Of a stretch of 64,000 nucleotides of DNA, positions 55,264 to 64,000 are shown one piece after another. A program made the translations under genes and the position numbers. Numbering within the stretch: position 1 is the first letter of the stretch; every line of letters starts with the position of its first letter. The DNA comes from Candidatus Latescibacterota bacterium (GTDB lineage: Bacteria; Latescibacterota; UBA2968; UBA8231): positions 5,984,001 through 6,048,000 of the forward strand of contig OZ241867.1 of NCBI GenBank assembly GCA_965203175.1. The letters run 5' to 3'. The notes under the pieces are model-generated. The model was not told the DNA's origin and did no database searches. It was given only the letters and a program-made list of their open reading frames with translations.

Positions 55264-58173
55264 TCACTCGCGGGCGACCAATTCTTCTAGCTTCCAGTCG
55301 AGCGGGATGCGCATCCGCCCTTCGTTGCGGCGGTCGAAGAGCAGGTAGTTTTCGCGCAGCCCAAAGTAGAACAGGTCGCGGGTCAGTTCCACGTCCTTTT
55401 GGCAGTACTCGGCAATCAAATCCAGCCGCCCCTCTTTGAACCACCGCAGCGCGTCCAGCCCGTCGGCGCTCTTGGCCGCGTCGAGCGTAGCCTTGCCCAG
55501 CGAGTCGAGGCTCACCCGGTAGCGCAGCCGCTGGTGGATCTCGCGCAGAATGTCGAGCGTGTTGAGCGTGCCGAAGTCGAATGGGCTATACCCGCGCAAG
55601 ACCGAATAGTCAAAGCCGATGATGTTGAAGCCGACGATCAAATCGGCCTCCTGCAAGTGCTCTAAGAGCCGGTCGATGTCTTCCTCAAAATACTTGGTGC
55701 AGGCCTGCGCGCGGCTGTCCCAAACCACCCCAACCGACATGCCCATCATGTGCGCTTTGTTCCAGCCGCCGACCTCGGCAGCCGAACGCTGAGTTTCAAG
55801 GTCGAACACAACCACATGCGGGCCTTGGTCAGGTGTCGCGTTCTCTACCTCCTCCTCTTCTTCCCACTCGGCAAAAATCGGCGCGTCCTCTGCGCCCTCG
55901 GTCGGAGTGCGCTCGATAGCCCGGCGGCCCGTGAGCGCGCCAAGCAGGTGGATCGCGCCGGCCTTGTCGAGAGGGACGTTGCCCGCGCCACACGTGGGGA
56001 AATGGATACAAGACGGACAGCCGAGCAGGCAATCGCAGGTTTCGACCATAGAAAGCGTCATGTCCAAGAGGCGGTCGAGCTGGGCAAAGCCCTTTTCCGC
56101 CAGGCCAATGCCGCCGGGGTGATAGTCGTACACGAAAATTGCGCCCTTGCCGAGCTGCGGGTGCTGGGGATAGCAGATCCCACCGACATCCGTGCGGTCG
56201 CACAAGGCCAGCAGCGGGAAGAGCGACTTCATGGCGTGTTCAATCGCATGGATCGAACCCATGTAGTGGTGCTGATGGCGGCTGAGATCGGCCTTGAAGT
56301 GGGCGTCGAGCTCAATCCAAAAGCCAATCGTCTCAAAGTGTTCCACCGGCGACTCCAACTCGTGTTTGCTGAGCACGACTTGGTCGCCGACGCGGATCTT
56401 TTCGTAGCCCACCACCTGCGAGCTGACCTTGAGCCGGCCCAGCCGCGCCATAAAGCCCTGCAAGGGCCGCGAGCGCAGCTCCTCTAAGATCTCGGTATCC
56501 TTTTCCGTGCGGGCGCGCGTGAAGTACGCTACATCCACTTCCTCAGCGTAGATCTGGCCCCGCTCGGGGTTGCGGTCGCCGATCTCGTACTGGCGGCCAC
56601 GATGCAAGTAAATTGCGCCTTTGTAGCACTCGCCGTACACCTGCCCACCGCTGACCGTGCCAATCTGGTTGTCGCCGCGATCGACGATGTTATACGACTC
56701 GCCGATGGTGCGCATGTTGACCAAGCGGTGCGGCTGCTTGCGCGCGGCAAACCAAGCGTCGCCCTCGGCGTTCTGCAGCAGCATGCCATCCTCAGTCAGT
56801 GCATCGACCGCCTCCTGATAGTTGGGCAGCGCGTACTCGGTTTCGCTAGCGACGAGGGGCAATTCGCGCGCCGCGCACGTGAGGTGATTTTTGAGAATGT
56901 ACTGATTCGTCGGGTCCACCACCGCATCCTCTAAATCGCGCCCGAAAAACTCTCCCGGGTGCCGCATAAAGTACTGGTCGAGCGCGTCGGGAGAGGCGAT
57001 GAGGAGGATGAGCGACTCGCGGCCGGCGCGGCCCACGCGGCCAGCGCGCTGCCAAGTGTTGATGATCGAACCCGGATAGCCGACTAACACGCAGATATCC
57101 AAGCCGCCGATGTCAATGCCCAACTCCAGGGCCGACGTGGCCACCACGCCCATGAGCTCGCCACCGTTGAGGTCCTGTTCGATCTGGCGGCGCTCAGTGG
57201 GCAAATAGCCCGCGCGATACGAGGAAATCCGCTCCCGCAAGTCCGGTCGGCTCTGGGTGGCCCAGCGGTACACGAGTTCGGTAGTGATGCGGGCGCGGGT
57301 GAAGACAATCGTGCGATAGTCCTTGAGCACGCTGGCGCGCAGTAGGTGAGCCGCGAGGGTGTTGGGACTTTCGCTCGGGTTGACGAACACAAAGTGGCGC
57401 GCCGCGGCCGGAGCGCCGTGGTCCTCAATCGCGTAAAAGGAGCGGTTGAGCAGCTCGCCCGCTAGCTCGCGGGGATTGCCCATCGTCGCCGAGCTGGTGA
57501 TGTACACCGGATCGGACCCGTAGTGCGCGCAGATGCGGTTCAAGCGGCGAAACAGGTGCAGAACGTGGGTGCCAAACACGCCGCTGTACGCGTGCAGTTC
57601 ATCGATGACCACGTAGCGCAGGCGGGCGAAAAAGCCGGCCCAAGCCTCGTGGAAAGCGAGGATGCCCGAGTGCAGCATGTCCGGCGTGGTGAACAGCACC
57701 TGCGGCGGTTTGGTGCGAATTTGCCGACGGCGGTGGGCCGTGGTGTCGCCGTCGTAGATGGCCGCTTTCAACGTGCCCCCTAAGCCCTGCATCAGGCCGT
57801 TTAGCTCGTCGAACTGATCCTGCTCCAGCGCCTTGAGCGGGAATATGTAGAGCGCGTGCGCCTCGGGATCGTCGAGCAGCGTGGTCAGCACGGGCGCGTT
57901 GTACACCAAGGTCTTGCCCGAGGCCGTGGGCGTGGCAATGGCCAAGTGCTGGCCCTCCAGCACTTTTTGGATGCCCTCGGCTTGGTGCGTATAAAGCGCG
58001 GGAATGCGAGCGATTTCGAGGATGCGGGCCATGGCCGGAGGCAGGCCAGCCAAGTCGCGGACTAGACGCGCCGGGCGCGCGGGCAAGGTCTGGTGATGGA
58101 CGACCTCATTGCCCAAGATACGGCGTTTGAGAAAGCGGATGTGTTCGGCGATGCTCTCGGCGTCGCAGATCAA
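55264..58173 (-). CDS. DEAD/DEAH helicase-DUF1998 (MrfA/YprA/Hrq1-like) fused to a C-terminal RNase_H_2 (MrfB/YprB-like) exonuclease
   Basis: TPTASGKT, DELH, SAT, TSALELGIDIG, QRAGRVGR and CDC..GCPSC, then VVFDLET...GFN..FD...YCQKDV. Confidence 0.88.
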   Translation of the reverse strand: MICDAESIAEHIRFLKRRILGNEVVHHQTLPARPARLVRDLAGLPPAMARILEIARIPALYTHQAEGIQKVLEGQHLAIATPTASGKTLVYNAPVLTTLLDDPEAHALYIFPLKALEQDQFDELNGLMQGLGGTLKAAIYDGDTTAHRRRQIRTKPPQVLFTTPDMLHSGILAFHEAWAGFFARLRYVVIDELHAYSGVFGTHVLHLFRRLNRICAHYGSDPVYITSSATMGNPRELAGELLNRSFYAIEDHGAPAAARHFVFVNPSESPNTLAAHLLRASVLKDYRTIVFTRARITTELVYRWATQSRPDLRERISSYRAGYLPTERRQIEQDLNGGELMGVVATSALELGIDIGGLDICVLVGYPGSIINTWQRAGRVGRAGRESLILLIASPDALDQYFMRHPGEFFGRDLEDAVVDPTNQYILKNHLTCAARELPLVASETEYALPNYQEAVDALTEDGMLLQNAEGDAWFAARKQPHRLVNMRTIGESYNIVDRGDNQIGTVSGGQVYGECYKGAIYLHRGRQYEIGDRNPERGQIYAEEVDVAYFTRARTEKDTEILEELRSRPLQGFMARLGRLKVSSQVVGYEKIRVGDQVVLSKHELESPVEHFETIGFWIELDAHFKADLSRHQHHYMGSIHAIEHAMKSLFPLLALCDRTDVGGICYPQHPQLGKGAIFVYDYHPGGIGLAEKGFAQLDRLLDMTLSMVETCDCLLGCPSCIHFPTCGAGNVPLDKAGAIHLLGALTGRRAIERTPTEGAEDAPIFAEWEEEEEVENATPDQGPHVVVFDLETQRSAAEVGGWNKAHMMGMSVGVVWDSRAQACTKYFEEDIDRLLEHLQEADLIVGFNIIGFDYSVLRGYSPFDFGTLNTLDILREIHQRLRYRVSLDSLGKATLDAAKSADGLDALRWFKEGRLDLIAEYCQKDVELTRDLFYFGLRENYLLFDRRNEGRMRIPLDWKLEELVARE

Positions 58174-58301
58174 GGTCCAATTTCCTGAAGCAGTGTGCGG
58201 CGAAGACGAGTGGGGAGCACGGGGAGGAAAAAAGAATAGCTAAGCTGTTGGGCTAGGGCAAGGCGGGAGGGAGAAAACTTGGTTGTGCGTCACTTTGAAA
58301 T

Positions 58302-58490
58302 TTAGTTAGGAGGATCTACGCCGAGATCGCGGCAAATCTTCCTTACTAGCGTATCTTTAATTTCTCTGTGCCGGGGTATCGAAGATCGTCGGCCATCAGA
58401 AATATTCCTCCACCACGAGTGTTTTCCGCCTTCGCGGATCTGTTCGCATCCGCTCCGACGGAGATGTTTCAATAGGTCAATCCGTTTCAC
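58302..58490 (-). CDS. hicA: HicA mRNA interferase toxin
   Basis: REGGKHSWW..IPRHREI..LVRKICRDLG; GTGA overlap with hicB. Confidence 0.9.
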   Translation of the reverse strand: MKRIDLLKHLRRSGCEQIREGGKHSWWRNISDGRRSSIPRHREIKDTLVRKICRDLGVDPPN

Positions 58491-58693
58491 ACGGTAATCA
58501 CTAGCTCTTCGTAGTCATCGCCTACAAGGTCCAAGATCTCTTGGCGATGAAAATCAAGAGCCTCATGGAGTGCTTCCTCAATACTTTCCAGCAATTCTTC
58601 TCGGGTACGTTCTTGGCAATTAACACCAGGGACGTTCTGAACCCAGCCAATCCACCATTCCCCTTCTTGTTTCAGGATAGCAGTATATTTCAT
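58487..58693 (-). CDS. hicB: HicB antitoxin (short form)
   Basis: WWIGWVQNVPGVNCQERTREELLESIEEAL; RBS AGGAGG. Confidence 0.88.
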   Translation of the reverse strand: MKYTAILKQEGEWWIGWVQNVPGVNCQERTREELLESIEEALHEALDFHRQEILDLVGDDYEELVITV

Positions 58694-58944
58694 TTGAGGC
58701 TCCTCCTACATACGCGTTTGGTCTAAAAAATAAAATGCTCGATAAGCAAAACAAAATCCAGCGGTTGACAAAGTTGAGGGGAACTCGCCCGGACAAATGC
58801 CTGTCGTCTTGACAGAGAACCTATAAAAAGGGTCTTTATTTCGTATCGGTATGTAGCCCAACAAGCGTTTCCCTTGGCGGCACCTGATTACTAAAAAGGG
58901 GAGGTAATCTCGGTGCATCAAATCAGTTTTTCCGGCCTAACAGA

Positions 58945-61146
58945 GTGAAATCCTTACTGCAAAATCTTACGTCCGAGCTTCGCGCCGACCTCCTGTCTGC
59001 GAAGGCCGTTCCGGCGCTGTCAGCCGGCTTCACTTCGGGCCTAGGTCTGCTCGTCGCCCAGATTGCCTTCGGGAGCTTCATATTCTCGGGACCGTTAGCT
59101 CCCTATTCCTCCCAGGGCGTCGGCTTAGTGCTGTTTGGGAACTTCGCATCGTGCCTCATCATCGCCCTCGCGGGCGGCTACCTCGGCGCAATTGCAGGGC
59201 TGTCTCCCGCACTGGTGGTCGTCATGGCCACGATCGGGTTCACAATGAACGCCGAGGGCGACGCGCTGTTCGCGACCACCGCGGTCGCGCTCATCATCAG
59301 CGCAGTCGCCACTGGCGCGTGCTGTCTCCTGATCGGACACTTCCGACTCGCCAATCTAGTCCGCTTCATCCCCTATCCGGTGACGGGTGGGTTTGTAGCC
59401 GGAATCGGAGGAGCCGTGTGCTTGGCGGCCATGTCGTTAATGGGAGCCGAACCGGATTGGCGGGCGATTCCCTCACTCTTTGAACCCTCCGTGCTGTGGA
59501 AGTGGAGCCCGGGCGCGGCGTATGGGATCGTCTTGTACCTCGCGATTAAGCGCTGGGGCAATCCGCTGATCTTGCCGGTGAGCGTCGCACTCGCCGGAGC
59601 TGCGTACCATCTCGTACTCGCCAGTCTCGGCATTTCTATTGAAGCGGCGCGGGCGGAGGGCCTGCTGCTCTCCAGCACGGCCGATGGGAACCTGTGGCCG
59701 GCCTTGTTCCCTGCCGATCTGGTCCAAGTGCAATGGGCCTCAATGACCGAGCAACTCCCCCACATACTAACGCTGATTTTTGTTGCTTTCATCTGCGTGG
59801 TCATGAATTTCTCCGGTCTCGAATTAGCGGTGAATCAGGAATTGGACTGGGACCGGGAATTCCGGGTGACGGGCGTTGCGAGTATGGTCACCGGTCTAGG
59901 CGGCGGCACAGTGGCGACCTTTGTCGTACCGGCTTCCCTGCGCAGCAAGCTGCTCGGGGCCACAACAAGGTTGACCGGGGTGGTCGCTGCCCTCGTGATC
60001 GGGGTCGCATTGTTCCTAGGTGACGGGATACTGGGATTCGTTCCGGCATCGCTCGTAGGCGGCGGCATCCTGATCTTTGCCGGCCTCGGCATGCTGGACC
60101 AGGGCCTCGTGGCAAACTTCAGGCGGCTCCCCTGGTCGGAGTACGGCATCGTTCTGCTAATCTTCATTACAATCACGTCTTTCGGCATGATTGAGGGCGT
60201 GGGCGTCGGGATGCTCGCCACCCTCGTGTTCTTCGCCGTGCGCCTCAGCCGCGTGGACCCAATCGCATCGCAGTTCACCGCGCGCGAACGCGAGAGCAAC
60301 AAAACCCGTCCCGTCCCCGATCGCGCCATCCTGCTGGAGGAGGGCGAGCGAGTGCAGGCATACCAACTGCGCGGCTACCTCTTTTTCGGCAGCGTGCACC
60401 CCCTCGCCGATCATCTCAGGCAGTCCCTGCGCGGCGCTTCGCGTCCTACTTGCCTGATACTAGACTTCAGCGCCGTCTCCGGCTTCGACTTCTCGGCAGT
60501 AAACGTTCTGAGCAGGTTTCTGCAAACGGCGCACGCGGCCGGAGTGCGGGTGGTTCTGAGCACATTGTCCAAGGAATTGCAGACCGGACTTGAGCACAAT
60601 CTTCCGCCTGCCGTATATGCCGAGCTGCTGGTAGAGCCGGATGCGGACCGCGCCCTCGAACGCTGCGAAGACATCGTCATTGCAGAGTGGAGGGCGAACG
60701 TGGACAAGGCGGACGAGCGTCGCGCCTCGCTGATGGAGCACACCGTCGATGATCTCGAGCGCTACTTAGAGCGGCAAATTGATTTCGAAAATCTGCTGGA
60801 GGAACTCCGACCTTGGCTGAGTCCGCACCAGTACGCGGCCGACGAGGACCTCATAGGAGCGGATGCGCCGCAAGAAGGTCTGCAACTGCTGCTCTCTGGC
60901 CGGGTTTCCGGGTACGATGCCGCGGGTACGCGCCTTTTTCAGTGCGGCCCGGGCGATCCGATATGGCCGGCGGGCGCGGCAGAGCAGAAAGCGACCTCTG
61001 TGGTTGCAGACGGACCCTGCCAAGCGATGGTGTTGCCCCCGGCCGCCCTAGGCTGGCTGGAGCAGCACGAAGAGCGGCTTACCCTCAATCTGTATCGCTA
61101 CCTCCTCGCCGGCCGTCTCCAATCCGACTCGGGAGCGGAGCAATAG
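58945..61146 (+). CDS. SulP/SLC26 anion transporter with STAS and degenerate cNMP-binding domains
   Basis: RFIPYPVTGGF, multiple TMs, STAS (LRGYLFFGS..ILDFSAVSGFDFSA), DRALERCED, and a C-terminal cNMP-like LLLSGRV..GPGD. Confidence 0.85.
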   Translation: MKSLLQNLTSELRADLLSAKAVPALSAGFTSGLGLLVAQIAFGSFIFSGPLAPYSSQGVGLVLFGNFASCLIIALAGGYLGAIAGLSPALVVVMATIGFTMNAEGDALFATTAVALIISAVATGACCLLIGHFRLANLVRFIPYPVTGGFVAGIGGAVCLAAMSLMGAEPDWRAIPSLFEPSVLWKWSPGAAYGIVLYLAIKRWGNPLILPVSVALAGAAYHLVLASLGISIEAARAEGLLLSSTADGNLWPALFPADLVQVQWASMTEQLPHILTLIFVAFICVVMNFSGLELAVNQELDWDREFRVTGVASMVTGLGGGTVATFVVPASLRSKLLGATTRLTGVVAALVIGVALFLGDGILGFVPASLVGGGILIFAGLGMLDQGLVANFRRLPWSEYGIVLLIFITITSFGMIEGVGVGMLATLVFFAVRLSRVDPIASQFTARERESNKTRPVPDRAILLEEGERVQAYQLRGYLFFGSVHPLADHLRQSLRGASRPTCLILDFSAVSGFDFSAVNVLSRFLQTAHAAGVRVVLSTLSKELQTGLEHNLPPAVYAELLVEPDADRALERCEDIVIAEWRANVDKADERRASLMEHTVDDLERYLERQIDFENLLEELRPWLSPHQYAADEDLIGADAPQEGLQLLLSGRVSGYDAAGTRLFQCGPGDPIWPAGAAEQKATSVVADGPCQAMVLPPAALGWLEQHEERLTLNLYRYLLAGRLQSDSGAEQ

Positions 61147-61202
61147 CAAGCGGTCTCCCGCAGCTAGAAGGAATCGACTTGATTCTACAGAAAGGAGTCA
61201 AG

Positions 61203-61970
61203 ATGAAGACAACCCTGACTTTCCCACTCGTCCTTTTCCTATCCGTCCCGACTGTGGCTCAAGAACAGCTTGCAGAACGACTACCGGATATAGAGCAAAC
61301 AGTGAACGCGCAAATGGTGCACGTCGAGGGCGGGTCCTTCACCATGGGATGTACGCCGGAGCAGGAGAATTGTGGTGCCGACGAAAAGCCGACGCGCCGC
61401 GTGCAAATCAACAGCTTCGAGATTGGCAGGTACGAAGTGACTCAGGAACTATGGGAAGCGGTCATGGGTGAGAACCCGAGTGCCTTTGAGGATTGCCCCC
61501 AGTGTCCGGTTGAAACGGTCAGTTGGGATGACATCCAGGCGTTTCTGGCCAAACTGAATGCGGGAGGCGGGCAGTATCGGCTGCCGAGCGAGGCGGAGTG
61601 GGAATATGCGTCGCGGGGTGGGCAGCAAAGCCAAGGGTTCCACGACGACTGGGCTGCGGTCGCTTGGTATTACGAGAACACCGACAATAGGACGCATCCG
61701 GTGGGAGAAAAACAAGCGAATGAACTGGGCTTGTTCGACATGTCGGGGAACGTCCGGGAATGGGTGCAGGACTGCTACCACGTCAATTACGACGGCGCGC
61801 CGGCTGACGGTACGGCTTGGGAGCCAGAAGATTGTGTTCGTCGTGCGATGCGCGGCGGCTCCTGGTACGGCAAGCCGAGTTACGTCCGCTCGGCCAACCG
61901 CTTCTGGTACGCCACGTATTTCCGCAACAACAACCTCGGCTTCCGCATTGTCCGGACGATCCAAGAATAG
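61203..61970 (+). CDS. Secreted FGE-sulfatase (SUMF1) domain protein
   Basis: GGSFTMG, YEVTQ, PVETVSW, RLPSEAEWEYA, DMSGNVREW, RGGSW and GFR; RBS AAGGAG. Confidence 0.9.
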   Translation: MKTTLTFPLVLFLSVPTVAQEQLAERLPDIEQTVNAQMVHVEGGSFTMGCTPEQENCGADEKPTRRVQINSFEIGRYEVTQELWEAVMGENPSAFEDCPQCPVETVSWDDIQAFLAKLNAGGGQYRLPSEAEWEYASRGGQQSQGFHDDWAAVAWYYENTDNRTHPVGEKQANELGLFDMSGNVREWVQDCYHVNYDGAPADGTAWEPEDCVRRAMRGGSWYGKPSYVRSANRFWYATYFRNNNLGFRIVRTIQE

Positions 61971-62042
61971 AAAATCCCTGCCATCGGGTGCCACTTCCAA
62001 GCCACCACCGAACTGGCGAGAGCGGATTCATTCCCTATCGAC

Positions 62043-62077
62043 ATGTCCTTGACATCATATGTTGTCAAAGACATATT
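62043..62077 (+). promoter_or_regulatory. Palindromic operator overlapping a sigma70-like promoter of the RelE/HigBA pair
   Basis: ATGTCcTTGACAtCATATGtTGTCAAaGACAT (62043-62074) is a 32-bp palindrome with two mismatched pairs. TTGACA (62049-54) is followed after 17 bp by CATATT (62072-77). Confidence 0.7.
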
Positions 62078-62083
62078 TCTCAC

Positions 62084-62446
62084 ATGAGTTGGACAGTCGA
62101 AATCGCCGACGAGTTTGAGCCGGAATTCGACAGTCTGCATGAGGATGTGCAAACCGAGATCCTAGCGCTGTCGCGTCTGTTGCAGCAGTTCGGGCCGCAA
62201 CTAGGACGGCCCCGAGTAGACACGCTGAACGGCTCCCAACATGCGAACATGAAGGAGATGCGGTTCAGTGCTGCGGATGGAGAATGGCGTCTAGCGTTTG
62301 CCTTCGATCCGGCGCGCAAGGCCATCCTGCTCGTCGCAGGCGACAAGTCTGGAGTCAATGCTAGACGGTTCTACCGTGCGCTCATCCGCAAGGCCGACGA
62401 GCGGTTCGACCGGCATTTAGCCAGGCTCGCGAAGGAAGGAGATTAA
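62084..62446 (+). CDS. RelE/HigB-like (Gp49-like) toxin
   Basis: GPQLGRPRVDTLNGS.HANMKEMRF...WRLAFAFDP.RKAILLVAGDK. Confidence 0.9.
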   Translation: MSWTVEIADEFEPEFDSLHEDVQTEILALSRLLQQFGPQLGRPRVDTLNGSQHANMKEMRFSAADGEWRLAFAFDPARKAILLVAGDKSGVNARRFYRALIRKADERFDRHLARLAKEGD

Positions 62447-62775
62447 TGATGCCTTTGAATGTGGAAGACAAGATTGCGACGCTGGATCCCGCTCGGCGAC
62501 GCAAGGTCGAGGATCGGGCGGCAGAACTCATTGCCGAGGAGATGACCCTGCGTGAACTGCGCAAGGCTCGGCAGCTTACTCAGGCACGCGTCGCTCACCA
62601 ACTCGGCATCTCGCAGGACGGCGTCTCTCGGCTCGAGCAACGAAGCGATCTGTTGCTCTCGACGTTGCGCAAGACAGTGGAGGCCATGGGCGGCAGCCTT
62701 TCGCTCATCGCCAGATTTCCCGACCGTCCGCCGGTCGAGCTGTCAGGCATTGCCGACAGCGATTCCCGCGACTGA
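62446..62775 (+). CDS. XRE HTH antitoxin (HigA-like)
   Basis: LRELRKARQLTQ..VA..LGISQ..VSRLEQRSDLLLSTLR..VEAMGG; TAATG coupling to the toxin. Confidence 0.9.
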   Translation: MMPLNVEDKIATLDPARRRKVEDRAAELIAEEMTLRELRKARQLTQARVAHQLGISQDGVSRLEQRSDLLLSTLRKTVEAMGGSLSLIARFPDRPPVELSGIADSDSRD

Positions 62776-62803
62776 CACCCAAGACAACGCGAACTCCACT
62801 CGC

Positions 62804-63509
62804 ATGGATATTAAGGCGCTAACTGTCGATGTCTTTGGCACGGTCACCGACTGGTACTCTACCATTGTGCGAGAGGGTGAGCGATTGGGCTCCGACAAGC
62901 GGCTTTCTGTGGACTGGGCGCGCTTTGCCACGGCTTGGCGCGGTGGCTATGAACCTGCTATGGGGTCGCGTGCGGAGCGGCGAATTGCCTTGGACGACAA
63001 TAGACGCGCTCCACCGAATGATTCTCGACGACATTCTGCAAGACTTCTCGATTCCCGAGTTGTCCGAGGACGAGCGCAGTTATTTCAATCGCGTTTGGCA
63101 CAGACTGGATCCGTGGCCCGATGTGGTCGGCGGCATGTTGCGGTTGCAGTCCAAATACATTGTTGCCGCGCTTTCCAATGGCAACATGTCGCTGCTGACC
63201 AACATGGCGAAGCACGCCGGTATTCCGTGGGACTGTATCTTGTCAGCAGAGCTTGCGCGGCATTACAAGCCGGACCGGGAAGTGTACGAGACGGCGGCAC
63301 ATCTTCTCGATTTGGAGCCGCCTGAAATCCTGATGGTCGCGGCGCATCGCCACGACTTAGAGGGAGCTAGAGCCGTTGGCTTCAAAACGGCCTTCATTCC
63401 ACGTCCTCTTGAATGGGGACCAGACGGCCAAGCAGACACCGCGCAAGACGGAGATTTTGACATAATTGCGGAGGATTTTCACGACCTTGCGGCGCAACTT
63501 GGGATCTAA
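62804..63509 (+). pseudogene. Type II haloacid dehalogenase (HAD) with a +1 frameshift (pseudogene or sequence error)
   Basis: MDIKALTVDVFGTVTDW...YEPAM runs in one frame and RVRSGELPW...LSNGN...YKP...MVAAH..DL in another. The junction ATG-GGGT-CGC-GTG has one extra base in the G run at 62962-62965. Confidence 0.85.
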
Positions 63510-63524
63510 CTGCCGAGAGAAGCC

Positions 63525-64000
63525 ATGCAAAGGTATTCGCCATTCGACAAAGCCATCCGTGATCTTCAGCCTTCTGACCTCACTATTCTGAGGAAAGTTC
63601 ATGAAGGCTGGTATGTGGAGTACAAAAGCCAAATGGTCAAAGCCAGCGCACTTGCGAAATCTCTCTCTGCGTTCGCCAACACATACGGCGGCTGGCTGTT
63701 CATTGGAGTGCAAGAACAAAGCGGGGACAATGCCGTTGCGGGCGAGTTTCCCGGTATTCCTGAAGAAGATGTGGATGGCACCCTACAGAGTCTGCGCCAT
63801 TCGGCCGCCGATCATCTCAACCCGACACCATTTTTCGAGACGACGGTTCTACGAGGACCGTGTGACGAGAACGGATTAGCTGAAGGCAAAGCGATAATCG
63901 CGGTCGAAATCCCGCAAAGCTACACCGCGCCGCATGTTCATAAAGATGGGCGTATCTACAGACGGGTGGCGGATGGATCGGAGCCCAAGCCGGAGATAGA
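63525..64000 (+). CDS. Schlafen/AlbA_2-domain protein (3'-truncated by the window edge; absent from the ORF track)
   Basis: Manual translation gives MQRYSPFDK...HEGWYVEYKS...AKSLSAFANTYGGWLFIGV...PH...IYRRV, with no stop before the window end. E..xEYK and SAFANxxGG..IGV are AlbA_2 hallmarks. Confidence 0.85.
   Translation, partial: MQRYSPFDKAIRDLQPSDLTILRKVHEGWYVEYKSQMVKASALAKSLSAFANTYGGWLFIGVQEQSGDNAVAGEFPGIPEEDVDGTLQSLRHSAADHLNPTPFFETTVLRGPCDENGLAEGKAIIAVEIPQSYTAPHVHKDGRIYRRVADGSEPKPEI

Noticed and set aside
55264-58173. DUF1998 helicase as part of DISARM/Druantia-type defence
   Set aside because: No methylase, PLD or SNF2 partners. The architecture fits MrfA/Hrq1 repair helicases.
60813-61202. 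Track N-terminal extensions of the FGE, RelE, HEPN, cupin, M19 and MDR ORFs as real fusions
   Set aside because: The extensions overlap upstream genes or intergenic DNA. Internal starts with RBS or family-typical N-termini fit better.
61203-62040. FGE/CLec-fold protein as a diversity-generating retroelement target (ends in AAC AAC AAC CTC GGC TTC)
   Set aside because: No template repeat copy and no reverse transcriptase in the window. The ending is the ordinary family motif.
1-64000. CRISPR arrays, tRNA/rRNA, IS elements, integrases, prophage genes
   Set aside because: No regularly spaced repeats, cloverleafs or transposase/recombinase/phage motifs seen by eye. Small RNAs could have been missed.

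Overview
A 64-kb, gene-dense, GC-rich bacterial chromosomal segment with about 57 CDS. I found no rRNA, tRNA, CRISPR array, integrase or transposase. Secreted proteins with FlgD/T9SS-like 'NYPNPFN' tails, a 'SSWGQLK' tail, and many PhyH, MDR and enolase-superfamily paralogs suggest an FCB-group organism such as Ca. Latescibacterota, possibly a marine or sponge symbiont (inference). Main blocks: (1) a small defence patch with a 1466-aa PD-(D/E)xK nuclease-STAND NTPase (Avs-like), an orphan XRE and a HEPN-MNT pair; (2) glnD; (3) a 12-kb iron/heme uptake locus (porin, imelysin, di-heme oxidoreductase, TonB receptor, tandem-domain HmuY, unknown small protein, HmuSTUV) whose two leaders share sequence motifs; (4) a complete partner-switching signalling cassette with no sigma factor (REC-PP2C, RsbW-like kinase, orphan periplasmic binding protein, TorS-like kinase, and a convergent Amt+STAS unit), with a paralogous orphan binding protein coupled to a CBS-domain cation/H+ antiporter 14 kb away; (5) catabolic enzymes, xdhAB, sodC, a fused MrfA-MrfB-like helicase-nuclease and SulP-STAS-cNMP; (6) four toxin-antitoxin pairs, a frameshifted haloacid dehalogenase, and a Schlafen/AlbA_2 gene cut by the right edge. 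The best candidates for an undescribed system are the binding protein/TorS-like kinase/partner-switch/Amt cassette, the Avs-like STAND nuclease, and the putative WGxLK C-terminal sorting signal. All family calls come from motif recognition by eye; no database searches were run.
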